Source: Octopus bimaculoides (lineage: Eukaryota). From it: 64,000 nucleotides of DNA. The position numbers and the translations under genes are program-made. The stretch lies in the NCBI RefSeq assembly GCF_001194135.2, contig NC_068982.1, positions 89,356,997 through 89,420,996 on the forward strand, given 5' to 3'. Within the stretch, counting starts at the first letter, position 1; each line of letters begins with the position of its first letter. Below are positions 11,520-24,559 of the stretch, piece after piece. The notes below the pieces were generated by a model that was given only the letters and a program-made list of their open reading frames with translations, was not told the origin of the DNA and searched no databases.

Positions 11520-12770
11520 TCATCATCATCATTGTTTAATGTCTGCTTTCCATGCTAGCATCGGTTGGATGATTTGACTGAGGACTGGCAAACCAGATGG
11601 CTGGCTGCACCAGGCTCCAATCTGATCTGGCAGAGTTTCTACAGCTGGATGCCCTTGCTAACGTCAACCACTCCGAGAGTGTAGTAGGTGCTTTTTACGT
11701 GCCACCGGCACAGGGGCCAGTCAGGCGGTACTGGCAACAGCCACTCTGAAGTAGTGTTTTTTATGTGCCACCTGCACAGGAGCCAGTCCAGTGACACTGG
11801 CAACGACCTCGCTCGAATATTTTTTCACATGCCACCAGCACAAGTGCCAGTAAGGCGACGCTGGTAACAATCACGCTTAAATGGTGCTTTTTACGTGCCA
11901 CCGGCATAGAAGCCAGTCAGCTGCTCTGGCAGCGATCACGCTCGGATGGTGCTCTTAGCGCTCCACTGGCATGGGCACCAGTCATCAGATTTGCAAATTT
12001 GATTTGCTTTCAATTTCACTTGCCTAAACAGGTCTTCGCAAGCAGAGTTTAGTGTCCAATGAAGGAAAGGTATGCATAAGTGGGCTGGCTACATCCCTGG
12101 CATTGGCCACGGGTTATGGTCTCACTTGGCTTGCTGGGTCTTCTCACGCACTGCATATTTCCAAAGGTCTTGGTCACTAGTCATTGCCTCAGTGAGGCCT
12201 AATGTTCGAAGGTTGTGCTTCACCTCCTCATCCCAAGTCTTCCTGGGTCTACCGCTTCCACAGGTTCCCTCAACCGCTAGGGTGTGGCACTTTTTCACAC
12301 AGCTATCCTCATCCATTCTTGCCACATAACCATACCAGCACAATCGTCTCTCTTGCACACCACATCTGATGCTTCTTAGGTCCAACTTTTCTCTCAAGGT
12401 ACTTACACTCTGTCGAGTATGCACACTGACATTACACATCCATCGGAGCATACTGGCTTCATTCCTTGCGAGCTTACGCATGTCCTCAGCAGTCACGGCC
12501 CATGTTTCACTGTGATGTAGCATGACTGTTCATACACATGCGTCATATAGTCTGCCTTTTACTCTGAGTGAGAGGCCCTTTGTCACCAGCAGAGGTAAGG
12601 GCTGTCTAAACTTTGCCCAGGCTATTCTTGTGCATAATACACAATCTGCAGAGACCATACCAAAGCTGACATTGGAGCTTGATGCCACCTGAAGTAGGTC
12701 AGATTCAGTCCAACCATCCAACCCATGCTAGCATGGAAAGAAAAGATGTTAAATGATGATGATGTGTGTA
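11520..12770 (-). mobile_element. RTE-clade LINE 3' fragment; approximate
   Basis: MLHHSETWAVTAEDMRKLARNEASMLRWMCNV...GRPRKTWDEEV C-terminus, repeated 3' subunits, (GAT)n tail. Confidence 0.88.
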
Positions 12771-13189
12771 CATAATATGCACACATACAACATCCCAAAC
12801 AGAAGTGCTAACATTTAAAAGAGGTTAACTGACTGCTGTTATCCAAGTTCAACATCACCCCATAGGAAAAAGATTTACCTGTAATAGACTGGTGTCCTAT
12901 CAAAGAAGGGTGGTGTGGGGTTTCAACTATTCATTGCCATACAAGCACATGAAGGACAGAATGACTGCAGAAGCTAAGGAGCTAATAGGTGGTTAGAATA
13001 AGAAATATACAATCAAAATTACTCCAACAGTAGGTGCAGGAATGGTTGTGTGGTTAAGAAACTTGATTACTCAGACAAATATCTACAACTTAGTGACTAA
13101 ATTAGTAACAAATATCAACAACTTAGTAACTAAATTTGGTAGATGGAAACTAAGAGCCCATTGTTGAGTTTGTGTGTATATCCACAGGC

Positions 13190-13550
13190 ACAGGTGTGGC
13201 TGTGTGGTAAGATGCTTGTTTTCCAACCACATAGTCCCGGGTTCAGTCCCACTGTGTGGCACCATAACCTTAGATAGATTTGGTAGATAGAAACTGAAAG
13301 AAATCTATTGTGTATATGTGTGTGTGTGTGTTTTCCTCCCACCGCTTGGCAACTAGTGTTAGTGTGTTAGTGTGTTAGTGTTTATGTACCTGTAACTTAG
13401 CAGTTCAACAAAAGAAACTGATAGAATAAGTACCAGGCTTTACACACACAAAAAAAAATTAGTACTAGGGCTAATTTGTTTGCTAAAAATTCTTCAAGGT
13501 GGTAGCCCATCATGGCCGCAGTCTAATGACTGGAACAAGTAAAAAGATAA
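13190..13550 (+). mobile_element. SINE family 1 copy; approximate
   Basis: homology to 11131-11515. Confidence 0.75.
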
Positions 13551-13653
13551 GTACGTAAAATTTGAGAGTAATAAGTAAAAGAAAGGAAACATATCTTCAA
13601 AACTTTTTATAAAAGAGAGAGAGACAGAGACAAAGAAATTTTGAATAGTGATC

Positions 13654-13659
13654 TTTATT
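13654..13659 (-). terminator. Candidate polyadenylation signal AATAAA of the aminopeptidase gene
   Basis: first AATAAA noticed on the minus strand, about 117 nt after the stop. Confidence 0.45.
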
Positions 13660-13775
13660 ATTCTTAAGATTTCAAATAGGAATGAAAAAATAGATTGAGA
13701 AAAATAATCCTATTAGAATTAATACAAAGAAATCAAATATTTCTCTATCGTATTTCATTTTGTTCTGGAATGATT

Positions 13776-13910
13776 TCAGATACGAGGGAGAATGTAATGA
13801 CTGGATAGTGCCAAAACAGGAGCTCCAGTTGGAACACCAGGAAATGGTCCACTTGAACCAGCAACATCAATGTGGGAGTAAGGAATTGGAATGTTGGAAT
13901 CAATACCATG
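13776..13910 (-). CDS. Aminopeptidase exon 16, terminal (HGIDSNIPIPYSHIDVAGSSGPFPGVPTGAPVLALSSHYILPRI*)
   Basis: long pyrimidine tract + cag, YSHIDVAG motif, TGA stop. Confidence 0.95.
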   Translation of the reverse strand, partial: HGIDSNIPIPYSHIDVAGSSGPFPGVPTGAPVLALSSHYILPRI

Positions 13911-14014
13911 CTGAAAAGAAAAAAAGAGAAGAAAACAGATATGAGTTCCGTTTCAAATGGCACAAATTGTTATCAGTTTTCACTGGATTAAACATATGCA
14001 ACGAAATATAGAGA

Positions 14015-15630
14015 TATTACACAAACACACACAAATACATACATACATACATACAAATGCACACACAAATACATACATACATACAAATGCACACATACAC
14101 AAATACATACATACATACATACATACAAATGTACACACACAAATATATATACACATACAAATGCACACATAAATACATACACACAAATGCACACATACAC
14201 ACACAAATGCACATATACACACAAACGCACATATACACACAAATACATACAAATGCACATACACACACACACACACAAATGTACATATACACACACACAC
14301 AAATGTACATATACACACACATATGCACGTACACATGCAAAAATGCACACACACACATGCACACATACATACACACACATACNNNNNNNNNNNNNNNNNN
14401 NNNNNNNNNNNNNNNNNNNNNNNNNNNNNNNNNNNNNNNNNNNNNNNNNNNNNNNNNNNNNNNNNNNNNNNNNNNNNNNNNNNNNNNNNNNNNNNNNNNN
14501 NNNNNNNNNNNNNNNNNNNNNNNNNNNNNNNNNNNNNNNNNNNNNNNNNNNNNNNNNNNNNNNNNNNNNNNNNNNNNNNNNNNNNNNNNNNNNNNNNNNN
14601 NNNNNNNNNNNNNNNNNNNNNNNNNNNNNNNNNNNNNNNNNNNNNNNNNNNNNNNNNNNNNNNNNNNNNNNNNNNNNNNNNNNNNNNNNNNNNNNNNNNN
14701 NNNACATATACACACACACACAAATGTACATATACACACACATATGCACGTACACATGCAAAAATGCACACACACACATGCACACATACATACACACACA
14801 TACATACACATGCACACACACACGTGCATACATACACATGCACGCACACACGTGCATACATACACATGCACACACACGTGCATACATACACATGCACACA
14901 CACACACCTGCATACGTACATATGCATGCACACGCGCATACATACACATGCACACACGTGCATACATACAAATGCACACATACACACACATAAACACACA
15001 CATATGCATGCACACACACAAGCATACATACACATGCACACACGCATGCATACACATGCACACACACGCATACATACACACACACGCATACATACACACA
15101 TGCACACACTAACATATGTGCATGCATACACACATGCGCATACATACACATGCACACACACACATACACATGCATACATACATAAGCACACACACATGCA
15201 TACATACATATGCACACACACACATACATACATAAGCACAAACAAGCAAACATACAAATGGATGTAGACATACATACAAATGCACACACACACACGCATA
15301 CATACACATGCACACATACAAATTCACATAATGCATACATACAAATCCATATAACACATACATACAAACGCACATACACACACACGCATACATACAAATG
15401 CACGTAAATACACATACGAATGCACACACATGCATACAAATGCACACACTTACATACAAATGCACACATGTACAAATGTATGTGCACACATATATATACA
15501 TACAAATGCACATGCATACATATATACATATAAATGCACATGCACACATATATACATACATACATACAAATGCGCATGCATAGATACATACAAATGCACA
15601 TACACACATACATACAACTGCACATATGCT
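14015..15630. repeat. Complex (CA)/(TACA)/(CAAATGCA) satellite-like tract with internal gap (14383-14703)
   Basis: direct; produces spurious HT/CV-rich ORFs. Confidence 0.95.
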
Positions 15631-15639
15631 TGTTGATAT

Positions 15640-15975
15640 AAGGTCCGCCTGACTGGCTACCATGTCAGTGGCACCTAAAAGGCACTATCTGAACCTGGCC
15701 GATGCTAGGAACCCCTGACTGGCTCCCGTGCCGGTGACACATAAAAAGCACTATTCGAACATGATTGATGTTAGGCCTGCCTGACTGGTTCCTGTGCTAG
15801 CGGAACATAAAAAGCACCCACTACACTCTCGGAGTGGTTGGCATTAGGAAGGGCATCCGACTGTAGAAACATTGCCAGATCAGATTGGAGTCTAGTGCAG
15901 CCACTGACTCTCCAGACTTCAGTCAAACCATCCAACCCATGCCAGCATGGAAAACAGACATTAAACAATGATGAA
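15640..15975 (+). mobile_element. RTE 3'-end / RTE-tailed SINE fragment; approximate
   Basis: aaaagcacccactacactctcggagtggttggcattaggaagggcatcc...ccatgccagcatggaaaacagacattaaac. Confidence 0.75.
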
Positions 15976-15986
15976 ATGCAAATACG

Positions 15987-16020
<34 letters not shown>

Positions 16021-16619
16021 CATACACATACATAAATATTAATGCACATACACATATATATACATACGAAAGCACATACAGATGCACATACCTGATGGTA
16101 TCAATTAAATTCACTCCTGTTAAAAATACTGGCATTGTATCTCAAGTATTAAATAGAATAAAAGCTAAACAGAGGTCATGGACTGCTTAGTTTTTAAGAA
16201 ACAGGACAACCAAACAAGAGATCACTACTTCAAATCCTATCACTGGCATTGCATTGCTATTGCATCCAATAGCTCAAGCCATCTAGCAGAAAATAGAGGT
16301 ACCACAGAATAGGAACCTGCTGCTCCAATGTATAATAATACTGTAAAATTGACAGTGGTTCATTAATTAGTACACAGTACTGAGTTCAACTCCACAAGTT
16401 CTTTATAGCAAGTAGGAAAAGACTACCCAGCAGATTACCAAAATATACTATATGAAAATGTGAAAGGACAAACTACATAAAGCTGACCTAGAGCTTTTAC
16501 AATACTAGATTAGGAGTTAACTGGTTCTGAGTTCTGGGTTCCTGCCTTATTTGACAGGATAACATCCATACAGATCTTTGTTTTGTTTTTTAATTCATAA
16601 ACATCATCATTATTATTAT

Positions 16620-16927
16620 CAAGGGGTCAATAAGTTAAGTACCAGTTGAACACTGGGGTCAATCTTATGTCTTTATTGCCCACAAGGGGCTAAACATAGA
16701 CGGAACAAGGACAGACACAGGGATAAAGTTGATTACATCGACCTCAGTGCACAACTGGTACTTAATTTATCGACCCCGGAAGGATGAAAGGCAAAGTCGA
16801 CCTCGGCGGAATTTGAACTCAGAACGTAACGGCAGACGAAATACTGCAAAGCATTTCGCCTGGCGTACTAACGTTTCTGCCAGCCCCTGCCCCGAAATTG
16901 CTGACCTTGTGCCTATAAGAGAAAGGA

Positions 16928-16980
<53 letters not shown>

Positions 16981-17140
16981 AAGGTGACAAACTGGCAGAA
17001 TCATGAAAACAGTGGACAAAATGCCTTGCAGTATTTCTTCAGGATCTTTACATTCAGAATTCAAATTCTGCTGAGGTCACCTTTCCCTTACATCCCTCCA
17101 GAATCAAAATAAAGTACCAATCAAATACTGGGATTTGTGA
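16620..17140. mobile_element. Two SINE family-2 copies (minus ~16620-16885, plus ~16980-17140) separated by (TTA)n
   Basis: homology to family 2; microsatellite spacer. Confidence 0.75.
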
Positions 17141-17146
17141 TATCTA

Positions 17147-18022
17147 CGAGGGGGTACCCAAAAGAAACCAGAATTTTGCAATATTTTATTCACTCAGTTT
17201 TACATGTTTACACTTTTATCACCTCCAAAATATTCTCTATTTGAAGCAATGCATTGGTCCACACACATTTCCCACTGTTCAAAGTAGTCTTGGAACTCTA
17301 GCAAAGTGATGCCTTTTAACACCTCCATCATTTTTTCTCCTCTTCCACATCTGCAAAATGTTTTCCTTTAAGGATTTTTCCCATTCGGGGTAACAGAGAG
17401 CAAGATCGACTTCCAACTGTTCACAACATGCATTCAGTCATGACTGCTTTTGATTGTTCATGAGCAAGCACAAATTTTGCTGCATCTCTTTTCATTGGCA
17501 ATTCCTCAATCAAAATTCATTGGGAGGAGTTCCAGGACACACCAGTCATATCAACAAGTTCATCAATTGCTCAACAGTCCTCTAAGATCAGTTCACGAAT
17601 TTTCATAATGTTTTCATTCATTCGGAGGATCGCTGGTAGCACTGAACAAGGCTGGTCTTCAAGCGACAAGTGATCATTCTTAAAGCATGAAACCCACTCG
17701 TAAACTTGTGTTTTACTCATGGCAGCATCTTTGTAAGCCGTTTGAAGCATGACAACTGTTTCAGCCACTGTTTTCCCCAGCAGAAAACAGAATTCCACAG
17801 AAGCAAGCTGTTCCCTCATTTCAGCCACCACAAAAATTGGCAAACAGGGGAGAACTGCAAACAAAGATGCACTACATGGCAGTACAACTCCACTCATGGA
17901 CACCGCTGGTTGGCAGACTGATGCCTGAGGGTTGCATCAAGTGACTTCTAGCAGCAGAAGCCTGAACTACAACAGGCTCGTCCCACAGAGAACATTTCTG
18001 GTAGCTTTTGGGTACCTCCTCA
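17147..18022 (-). mobile_element. Internally deleted mariner element with TIRs and TA TSD
   Basis: TA|CGAGGGGGTACCCAAAAG ... CTTTTGGGTACCTCCTCA|TA; EQLASVEFCFLLGKTVAETVVMLQTAYKDAAMSKTQVYEW is a mariner N-terminus. Confidence 0.85.
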
Positions 18023-19239
18023 TAAATACCCTGCCCATCAAAATTGCTGGTGTATACCTAAATGAGAATCCAATATTTTGCGGGGGTATGAGTCGATCTC
18101 TAAGCACAAAAAGCCTTTCAACTTTCTATCCAAATTGGTTTTTGAACCCAATATTATCATGTTATTATTTATAGCTTGATTTGTGCTTCAAAATCCACTA
18201 TTCCAAAAGAGAATTATTTCACATTCTCTAAGTTTATTAACTTTTACAGCAACAACTCTTATTATTCTCATTTTTATTTTTACCACTTTGAAAGAAAGCT
18301 ACAAATTTCAAGTATTGAAAGCCAATTTCAAAACACTGAGCTTTATGCAGGAGACAACTAAGGACAGAGATATCTGGTGCTGTACTGAAGAAGACCTGTC
18401 CACCACAGTAGAATTGATACTGGTGCTGGTGCCACATAAAAAGCACTCATGCTGGGACCATATAGAAAACACCCACTACACTCTGTGAAGCGGTTTGCAT
18501 TAGGAAAAGCATCCACCGTCAAACACAAGCTAGCATAGAAAACAGACATTAAATGATGGTGATGGTGATGATGAGACTGAATAACATTGTTGCCCATCAT
18601 TGAAAATTGTAGTAGTAACAAACAGATATAATTAAACTAATTGGCTTTATGATAATTGTAACTATTTTACAGCAAAAGTATTGAAAGTATGCAGGCTCCT
18701 TGGGGCTGCAGATGACAAGCCATCACAGAGAAAATCATTAAACAAAACAAAAGGATATGTTTTTAAGTAACTAAGTGGATTAAGGTCTATTATATTTATA
18801 AACTATTATAATGATGGTTTCTAATTTTGGCAGAACAGCCAAAATTTGTAGGTGAACTATATAATCAATGGAATCCAAGACTGACCTTCATAAAATTTGA
18901 ACTCATAACCTAGATTAATGGAAGTAAATAGAATTAAAGAGGAAGGATGAATGGATGGACTGACAGTCAGACACACAAAAAGGCAGGCAGACAGACAGAG
19001 AGGTAGAAATACAGACAGTTACAGATAAATAGCCTCAATAATATATATAGTCACAAATAACCTGACAAAACAAAAACAGCAGTAAATAAAGAAACAAAGA
19101 AATTTAAGCCACTGCCAATTATTTCAGACTTAAAGTGATAATTAAGAAAACAGCTTAATTTCTTTGTAGTAAAAAAAAAAAAAAAACATGAAATAAATTT
19201 GAACTGGCAAGATGTTCAATATTATTGATGTTAACTTAC

Positions 19240-19336
19240 TTTGTCCATTCCTGATGCTAAAATAAGGAATGCAGCTGGTGTCTGGTGACCTCTTGGTGTC
19301 TGAGAAGATGGTAAATTGTTACACTGAAGAACATCT
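19240..19336 (-). CDS. Aminopeptidase exon 15, partial (DVLQCNNLPSSQTPRGHQTPAAFLILASGMDK); 5' part lost in N-gap
   Basis: open frame with RGHQ.PAAFL motif and gtaagt donor; upstream end abuts the gap at 19337-19346. Confidence 0.9.
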
Positions 19337-19929
19337 NNNNNNNNNNTTTTTTTTTTTTTTTTTTTTTTTTTTCATTTGTTGGGTCTGGAAGAGGGGTAGT
19401 ACCCATGGCCATCAGTTTCTCCCCATATAGTAGTGAGACTGAAATCATTACTCCCTTTTTTTTTTAACCATAGGCTATGTGGTAAGAAGTTGCTTCCCAA
19501 CCACATGGTTCTGGGTTCAGTCCCACTGTGCAGCAACTTAGGCAAGTGTCTTCTATTATAGCTTCAGGCCAACCAAAGCCATAAGAATGGATTTGAAAAC
19601 TGAAAGAAGCTTGTCATATATAATGTGGTTGGCATTTGGAAGGGCATCCAGCTATACAAACCAGGCTAAAGCTGACCTCGCCTGTGCAAGCGCCACATAA
19701 AAAGCATTCAGCCTACTCTGCTGGGTGGTTGGTGTCAGGAAAGGCATCCAGCCATAAAAACCATGCCAGAATAGACACAGAAGCAAGGCGCAAGCCCCTG
19801 CCTGGCCAGCTCCTGTCAAACCGTACAATCCATACCAGCATGGAAGGAGGACATTAAACGATGATTATATATATAATCAGTAAATAATAAATTTGAAAAA
19901 GCAGGGGTTATCCCATAGTCCAGCCATAA

Positions 19930-21440
19930 CTATCTATCTGTAAATAATTTCCTAGGTGTTACTTTAGATCTGGGCTCTGGAGCATACAGGCCCTATCATA
20001 AGCCAAACGAGAAGCTGTCTTATATTAACACAGCCTCCTGCCACCCACTAGAATCGTCAAGAACCTAGTGAAGGGTGTAAGAAAAAGGATCTTGAATCTA
20101 TCATCTAGCCAAAATATCTTCAACATCACTACCCACTACTGCAACGAGGCACTGGCATCGAGTCGGTTTAAGGACTGCATCTCCTGCATGCCAGGCCCTA
20201 GGACCCAGAAAAGGAAGTGCTGCAAAAACATTGTTTGGTTTGCCCCACCCTTCTTACTTAACATCAAGACTTGTGTGAGAAGGATTTTCCTTAGATTAAT
20301 AGATAAGCATTTTACACACACACATCGACATACAGGCATTTATTTAACAGGCACAACCTAAGAGTCTCCTTTAGTTGTGCATCTAACATAAAAAGCATTT
20401 TAACAAGCACCCACAAAACAAGGGAGAAGGCTGATGAGAGGCTGAAGGAGTCGTCTATGAAGCTACAGTGTCACCTAGATCTGGTATCTGCATTACCAGC
20501 AATGTACCATCCAACAGCAACAATAGCAGATTAACTAGTTCTTACACCAGTATAACCACCACAGCCAGAGACGATGACTAGTCTGGGACCAATGACACAG
20601 AGAAGGTAATCGATGACAGCAGCACCACCACCACAGACGATGATGGAACAATTATCATCAACACCCATGAAGAGACTGGCCTCACACCATGTTACCACCA
20701 TCCACACCCACACTTAATACCAGCAGCATCATTGCCAACCATATGACCAGAAATGATAACCACGGAGATAAAACTGCTGGATCATTGCATCATAACAACA
20801 TCAGCAATAGTCTTACCAACAGCATCACCACACCCAGAGACTACCAGAGATATACTAGGAGTGCAAATATAGTCACCTCCCAAGTTTCTAAATATATCGA
20901 ATCAGCCAGTACATCTTTCATATGACACTTCTGCAACCACCAGTCATCCTTCAGAGTACCAGAAAGAGGTTTTGTTACATCCCTAGCCAGCCATATGTGG
21001 CACCTCAAAGATCAAGGGACCTCATGTGATATCAGGTGGAAAATAATAGAACATCCAGGCTCATATATTAATGGGAGTGGCCGTTGCAAAATTTGCATTG
21101 CGGAGAGAACCAAAATTCTTAAGGACTGTGCTAAACCTGGTTGCATTAAATAGTTGCAAAGAAATTTTCTCTAAATATGTCCGTTTCAGGCACTACCTAC
21201 TGGAAAACTGGATCTCTCAATTTGCTGGTTAGGCTATTAAGAGTCTGTAAAGAACTTTTATCCTCTCCTCCAGGGGTGATAACTCGTCCTCTTTAACGTT
21301 TTAAATCTCATTATCCTAGCGTTTTGTCATGTCTGCAAGATAGAAAGTTAAATTTTGTCTTTGTATAGAGTCTGATGAGCTGCCCACAAGGCTGTGGCTT
21401 TCGTGGACGTGAAACCATTGGTAACTATGACCAGAACTTA

Positions 21441-21445
<5 letters not shown>
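19930..21445 (+). mobile_element. Penelope-like element, 5'-truncated and decayed: RT C-terminus, GIY-YIG region and 3' pLTR; approximate
   Basis: NFLGVTLDLGSGAYRPYHKPNEKLSYINTASCHP; KNIVWFAPPFLLNIKTCVRRIFLRLIDKHF; NRHNLRVSFSCASNIKSI; LASHMWHLKDQGTSCDIRWKII...RCKICIAERTKIL. Confidence 0.85.
21365..21442 (+). ncRNA. Type I hammerhead ribozyme in the PLE 3' pLTR, core intact
   Basis: AGT-CTGATGA-G...CCAC AAGGC tgtg GCTTT C GTGG...GT-GAAA-CCATTG-GTA|ACT; palindromic stem III ACCA-T-TGGT; GUA cleavage triplet. Confidence 0.8.
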
Positions 21446-21491
<46 letters not shown>

Positions 21492-21967
21492 GTCTTTCTG
21501 CCAGTGTTTGTCACACCGCCACTACTTGACAACTGGTGTTGGTGTGTTTGCATCCCCATAACTTAGCAGTTCGATAAAAGAGACCCACAGAATAAGTACT
21601 ACGCTTAAAAAATAAGTACTGGGGCCTGGTTCATTCGACTAAAAATTCAAAACGGTGCCCCAGCATGGCTGCAATCTAATGACTGAAACAAGTAAAAGAT
21701 AAAAGATATATTTCTACTGAAATATTCTTGTTTTCAAATAATTTTTAAAACAAGGAAAACGTTCATAAAATTATTTTGTCATTATTAAAATGATATTTGG
21801 AACAAAATCACATGAAATTTTGATGAAAGATTTTAATTTAGATAACTTTAGTATTTCATCATTTAGATAGGGATGATCAATAACTACTTGCCAATATAAT
21901 AGACTAAACCCCTCAACAAAATTTCTAACAAGGTGTTTATCTTATAAACCATTATTATTATTATTAA

Positions 21968-22640
21968 TAAGGTGGCAAGCTGGTAGATTTGTTAGCATGA
22001 TGGATGAAATACTTTGCGGTATTTTGCCCGTTGCTACATCCCAAGTTCAGCAGAGGTCGACTTTGTTCTTCATCCTTTCAGAGTTGATAAAGTACCAGTT
22101 GCATACTGGGGTCAATCTAATCGACTGGCCCTCTCCCCCGAAAATTTCTGGGTTTGTGCCTAGAGTAGAAAAGATTATCATCATTATTATTAATAAGGCG
22201 GCAAGCTAGCAGAATTGTTAGCCTGCTGGACAAAATGATTTGCGGTATTTTGCCTGTTGCTACATTCCGAGTTCAAATTCTGCAGAGGTCAACTTTGCTT
22301 TTCATCCTTTCAGGGTCAATGAATTAAGTACCAGTGAAACATCGGGGTCAATGTAATCAACTATCCCCCTCCTCTAAAATTTCAAGCCTTGTGCCTTTAG
22401 TAGAAAGAATGATCAATTACTAATTATGATTATCATTACTAAGGAGACAAGCTACTAGAATTGTTAGCACGTTAGGCAAAATGCTTAGGGGCATTTCATC
22501 TGTCTTCACATTCTGAGTTCAACTTTGCCTTTCATCCTTTCAGGGTTAATAAAATAAGTACCAGTTGAACACTGGGGTCAATGATATCGACTTACCCCTT
22601 CCCCAAACTTTCAGACCTTGTACCAAAATTTGAAACCATT
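21968..22640 (+). mobile_element. Head-to-tail array of about four SINE family-2 units separated by (ATT)n; approximate
   Basis: aaggtggcaagctgg / aaggcggcaagctag / aaggagacaagctac unit starts recur about every 215-240 bp. Confidence 0.75.
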
Positions 22641-24166
22641 ATTATTATAGGTGGTGGACTGGCAAAATCATTAGTCACACAAAATGGTTAGTGGTATTTC
22701 TTCCTGATCTTTATATTCTCAGTTCTAATACCATTGAAATTAATTTTGCCTTTCAATCCACCAAGATTGGTAAAACAAAATACCATTCTATCACTGGAGT
22801 CAATGGTAACAACTTGTCTTCAAAATTGTTGTCCTTGTGCCTAAATCAGAAGCATTATTCAGTCTCAGGAAATTAAAAGTTCTCATAAGTCTTGCAGATT
22901 TTCTCAGATGGCAGGTCTATTCCCTTCAAAAGATAAGTCTGTAAACCACTGAATATAATAGGAGGGGGTTTGTTGGTACTCTCTGCAGACTGACATTCAA
23001 GGTCACCAATCCAAGCAAATAAAATACTCTAAAATTATATACTCTTCCCATTATTTAGCAGTGAGCTGGATCCAATTCATGGTACCAATTGATGGCTGTA
23101 CTTTTGAACATGGAACTTGCAGCTTGTAGTTCTTAACAGAAAGGCACATGCAAGAGGATGCATTTTGTATCTTTTGAATTAAGCATTTTATACAATGTGC
23201 CTTGATTACATTAGGAACAGGTACTAGAATTTCAGAGTAAGTTCTGATGCTTCAGAATCCAAAAAGATAAATAATGTGCCCATGATCCCCAAGGGATTAA
23301 TGAAAATATTAGAGCAACAAAGTTAACTAAACAAAATACACTGATGTTTATTTTGCTGACAGAACAACCTTTACATACTTCATGGCACTGTTTTGTGCAA
23401 TTTTGTGACTGGCCACAGAGGCTTGAATTTAAAAGAGATAAAATTATTTAGGGTAAGAAAACTGACACCAAATCACAAACTTCTGATCTTTGATCGAAGA
23501 CAGCAGAAAAAGGAAAACAACGATGTTAAGTTAAGAAATCAAATATTTCTTAAGTGTCACATTTTTCTACCTTAAACAGAGTTGAGTAACTAAGGCAGAA
23601 ACTGGACCCATCAATGGCAATCACTAAAAGTCTTATTTGAAGCAACATCCTTGCCTTTTCAAGCTTTTCATTCTTCCTGAATGAGTAAACTAGATGTACC
23701 AGTCTAGTTTAGGGAATAGGCAGTGATTAGATAGCCTATATGAAACCCCAAATTCATGGGGTCTTGTCACTGTCAAATTATTCAAATTATTTCAATACAG
23801 AATTCTTTATATATGCTTCCAAGTTCAATACCTCTACTTGATCTTTGAGTGTGTTTAACAGTATACTCTAATCTAGCATTTGAACAAGACACTGGTTCCC
23901 ACTCTATTCACAGCTTTCCTGTGAAACAGCACATAACAGATATTCAAGTTAAGTAGTGACTGCAACAGTTTTAGCAGTTTGAGAGGATGTATAAGAGTGA
24001 TGAACACCACTCCTGTCCACCAAGACTAACTTATGAAAAAAAAAAACTAAAAACAACTGAAGTCTAAAAGGAGCACTGTGGAAATTGAAAGGTTTTGTTA
24101 GGTTTTCTTCTTTCAGTTGAAATAGGAGATGAGGGAACGAAGATGGTAAGATAGATAAAATTTTAC

Positions 24167-24274
24167 CTCACGGCGGATGTTCGAAATTTCAAATAAATCT
24201 CCAATTGAATGTCCAACTTCCTGGAGATTTTGAGACATCTTCTTCTTCTTGGCTGGGCCATTATCCATGATTGC
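24167..24274 (-). CDS. Aminopeptidase exon 14 (AIMDNGPAKKKKMSQNLQEVGHSIGDLFEISNIRRE)
   Basis: ctctacag / gtaaaa, 108 nt. Confidence 0.94.
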
Positions 24275-24559
24275 CTGTAGAGATAAAAACATAAGAGTGG
24301 AGTAACTTTCAGAGTGTTGAAGGGTAAAAAATAGAAAAAACATAGCAGTAACTATTGAATCAGAAAATGTGTTTCTTTCAATACAATGTAAAGCTTTTAT
24401 AAAAGCAAGACATGGTTGCCCAGACTGACTTCAGTACCTTACATGTACTTCTTTTACTTGAGCTGGGAGCAATTAAAAGTAAAAATAAATTGAAGTCAAA
24501 ATTAAACATTCAAAGAAGGCAGCAACAACCAGGTAGAGTCGAAAGTTTTTTGGGGATTT

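Noticed and set aside
11690-11975. Repeat-spacer appearance reminiscent of a CRISPR array
   Set aside because: Eukaryotic context; spacers are homologous to one another and lie in an RTE 3' region
13957-15663. Long HT-, CV- and YI-rich ORFs of 180-545 aa
   Set aside because: Translations of a CA/TACA satellite and N-runs; open in many frames with no domain
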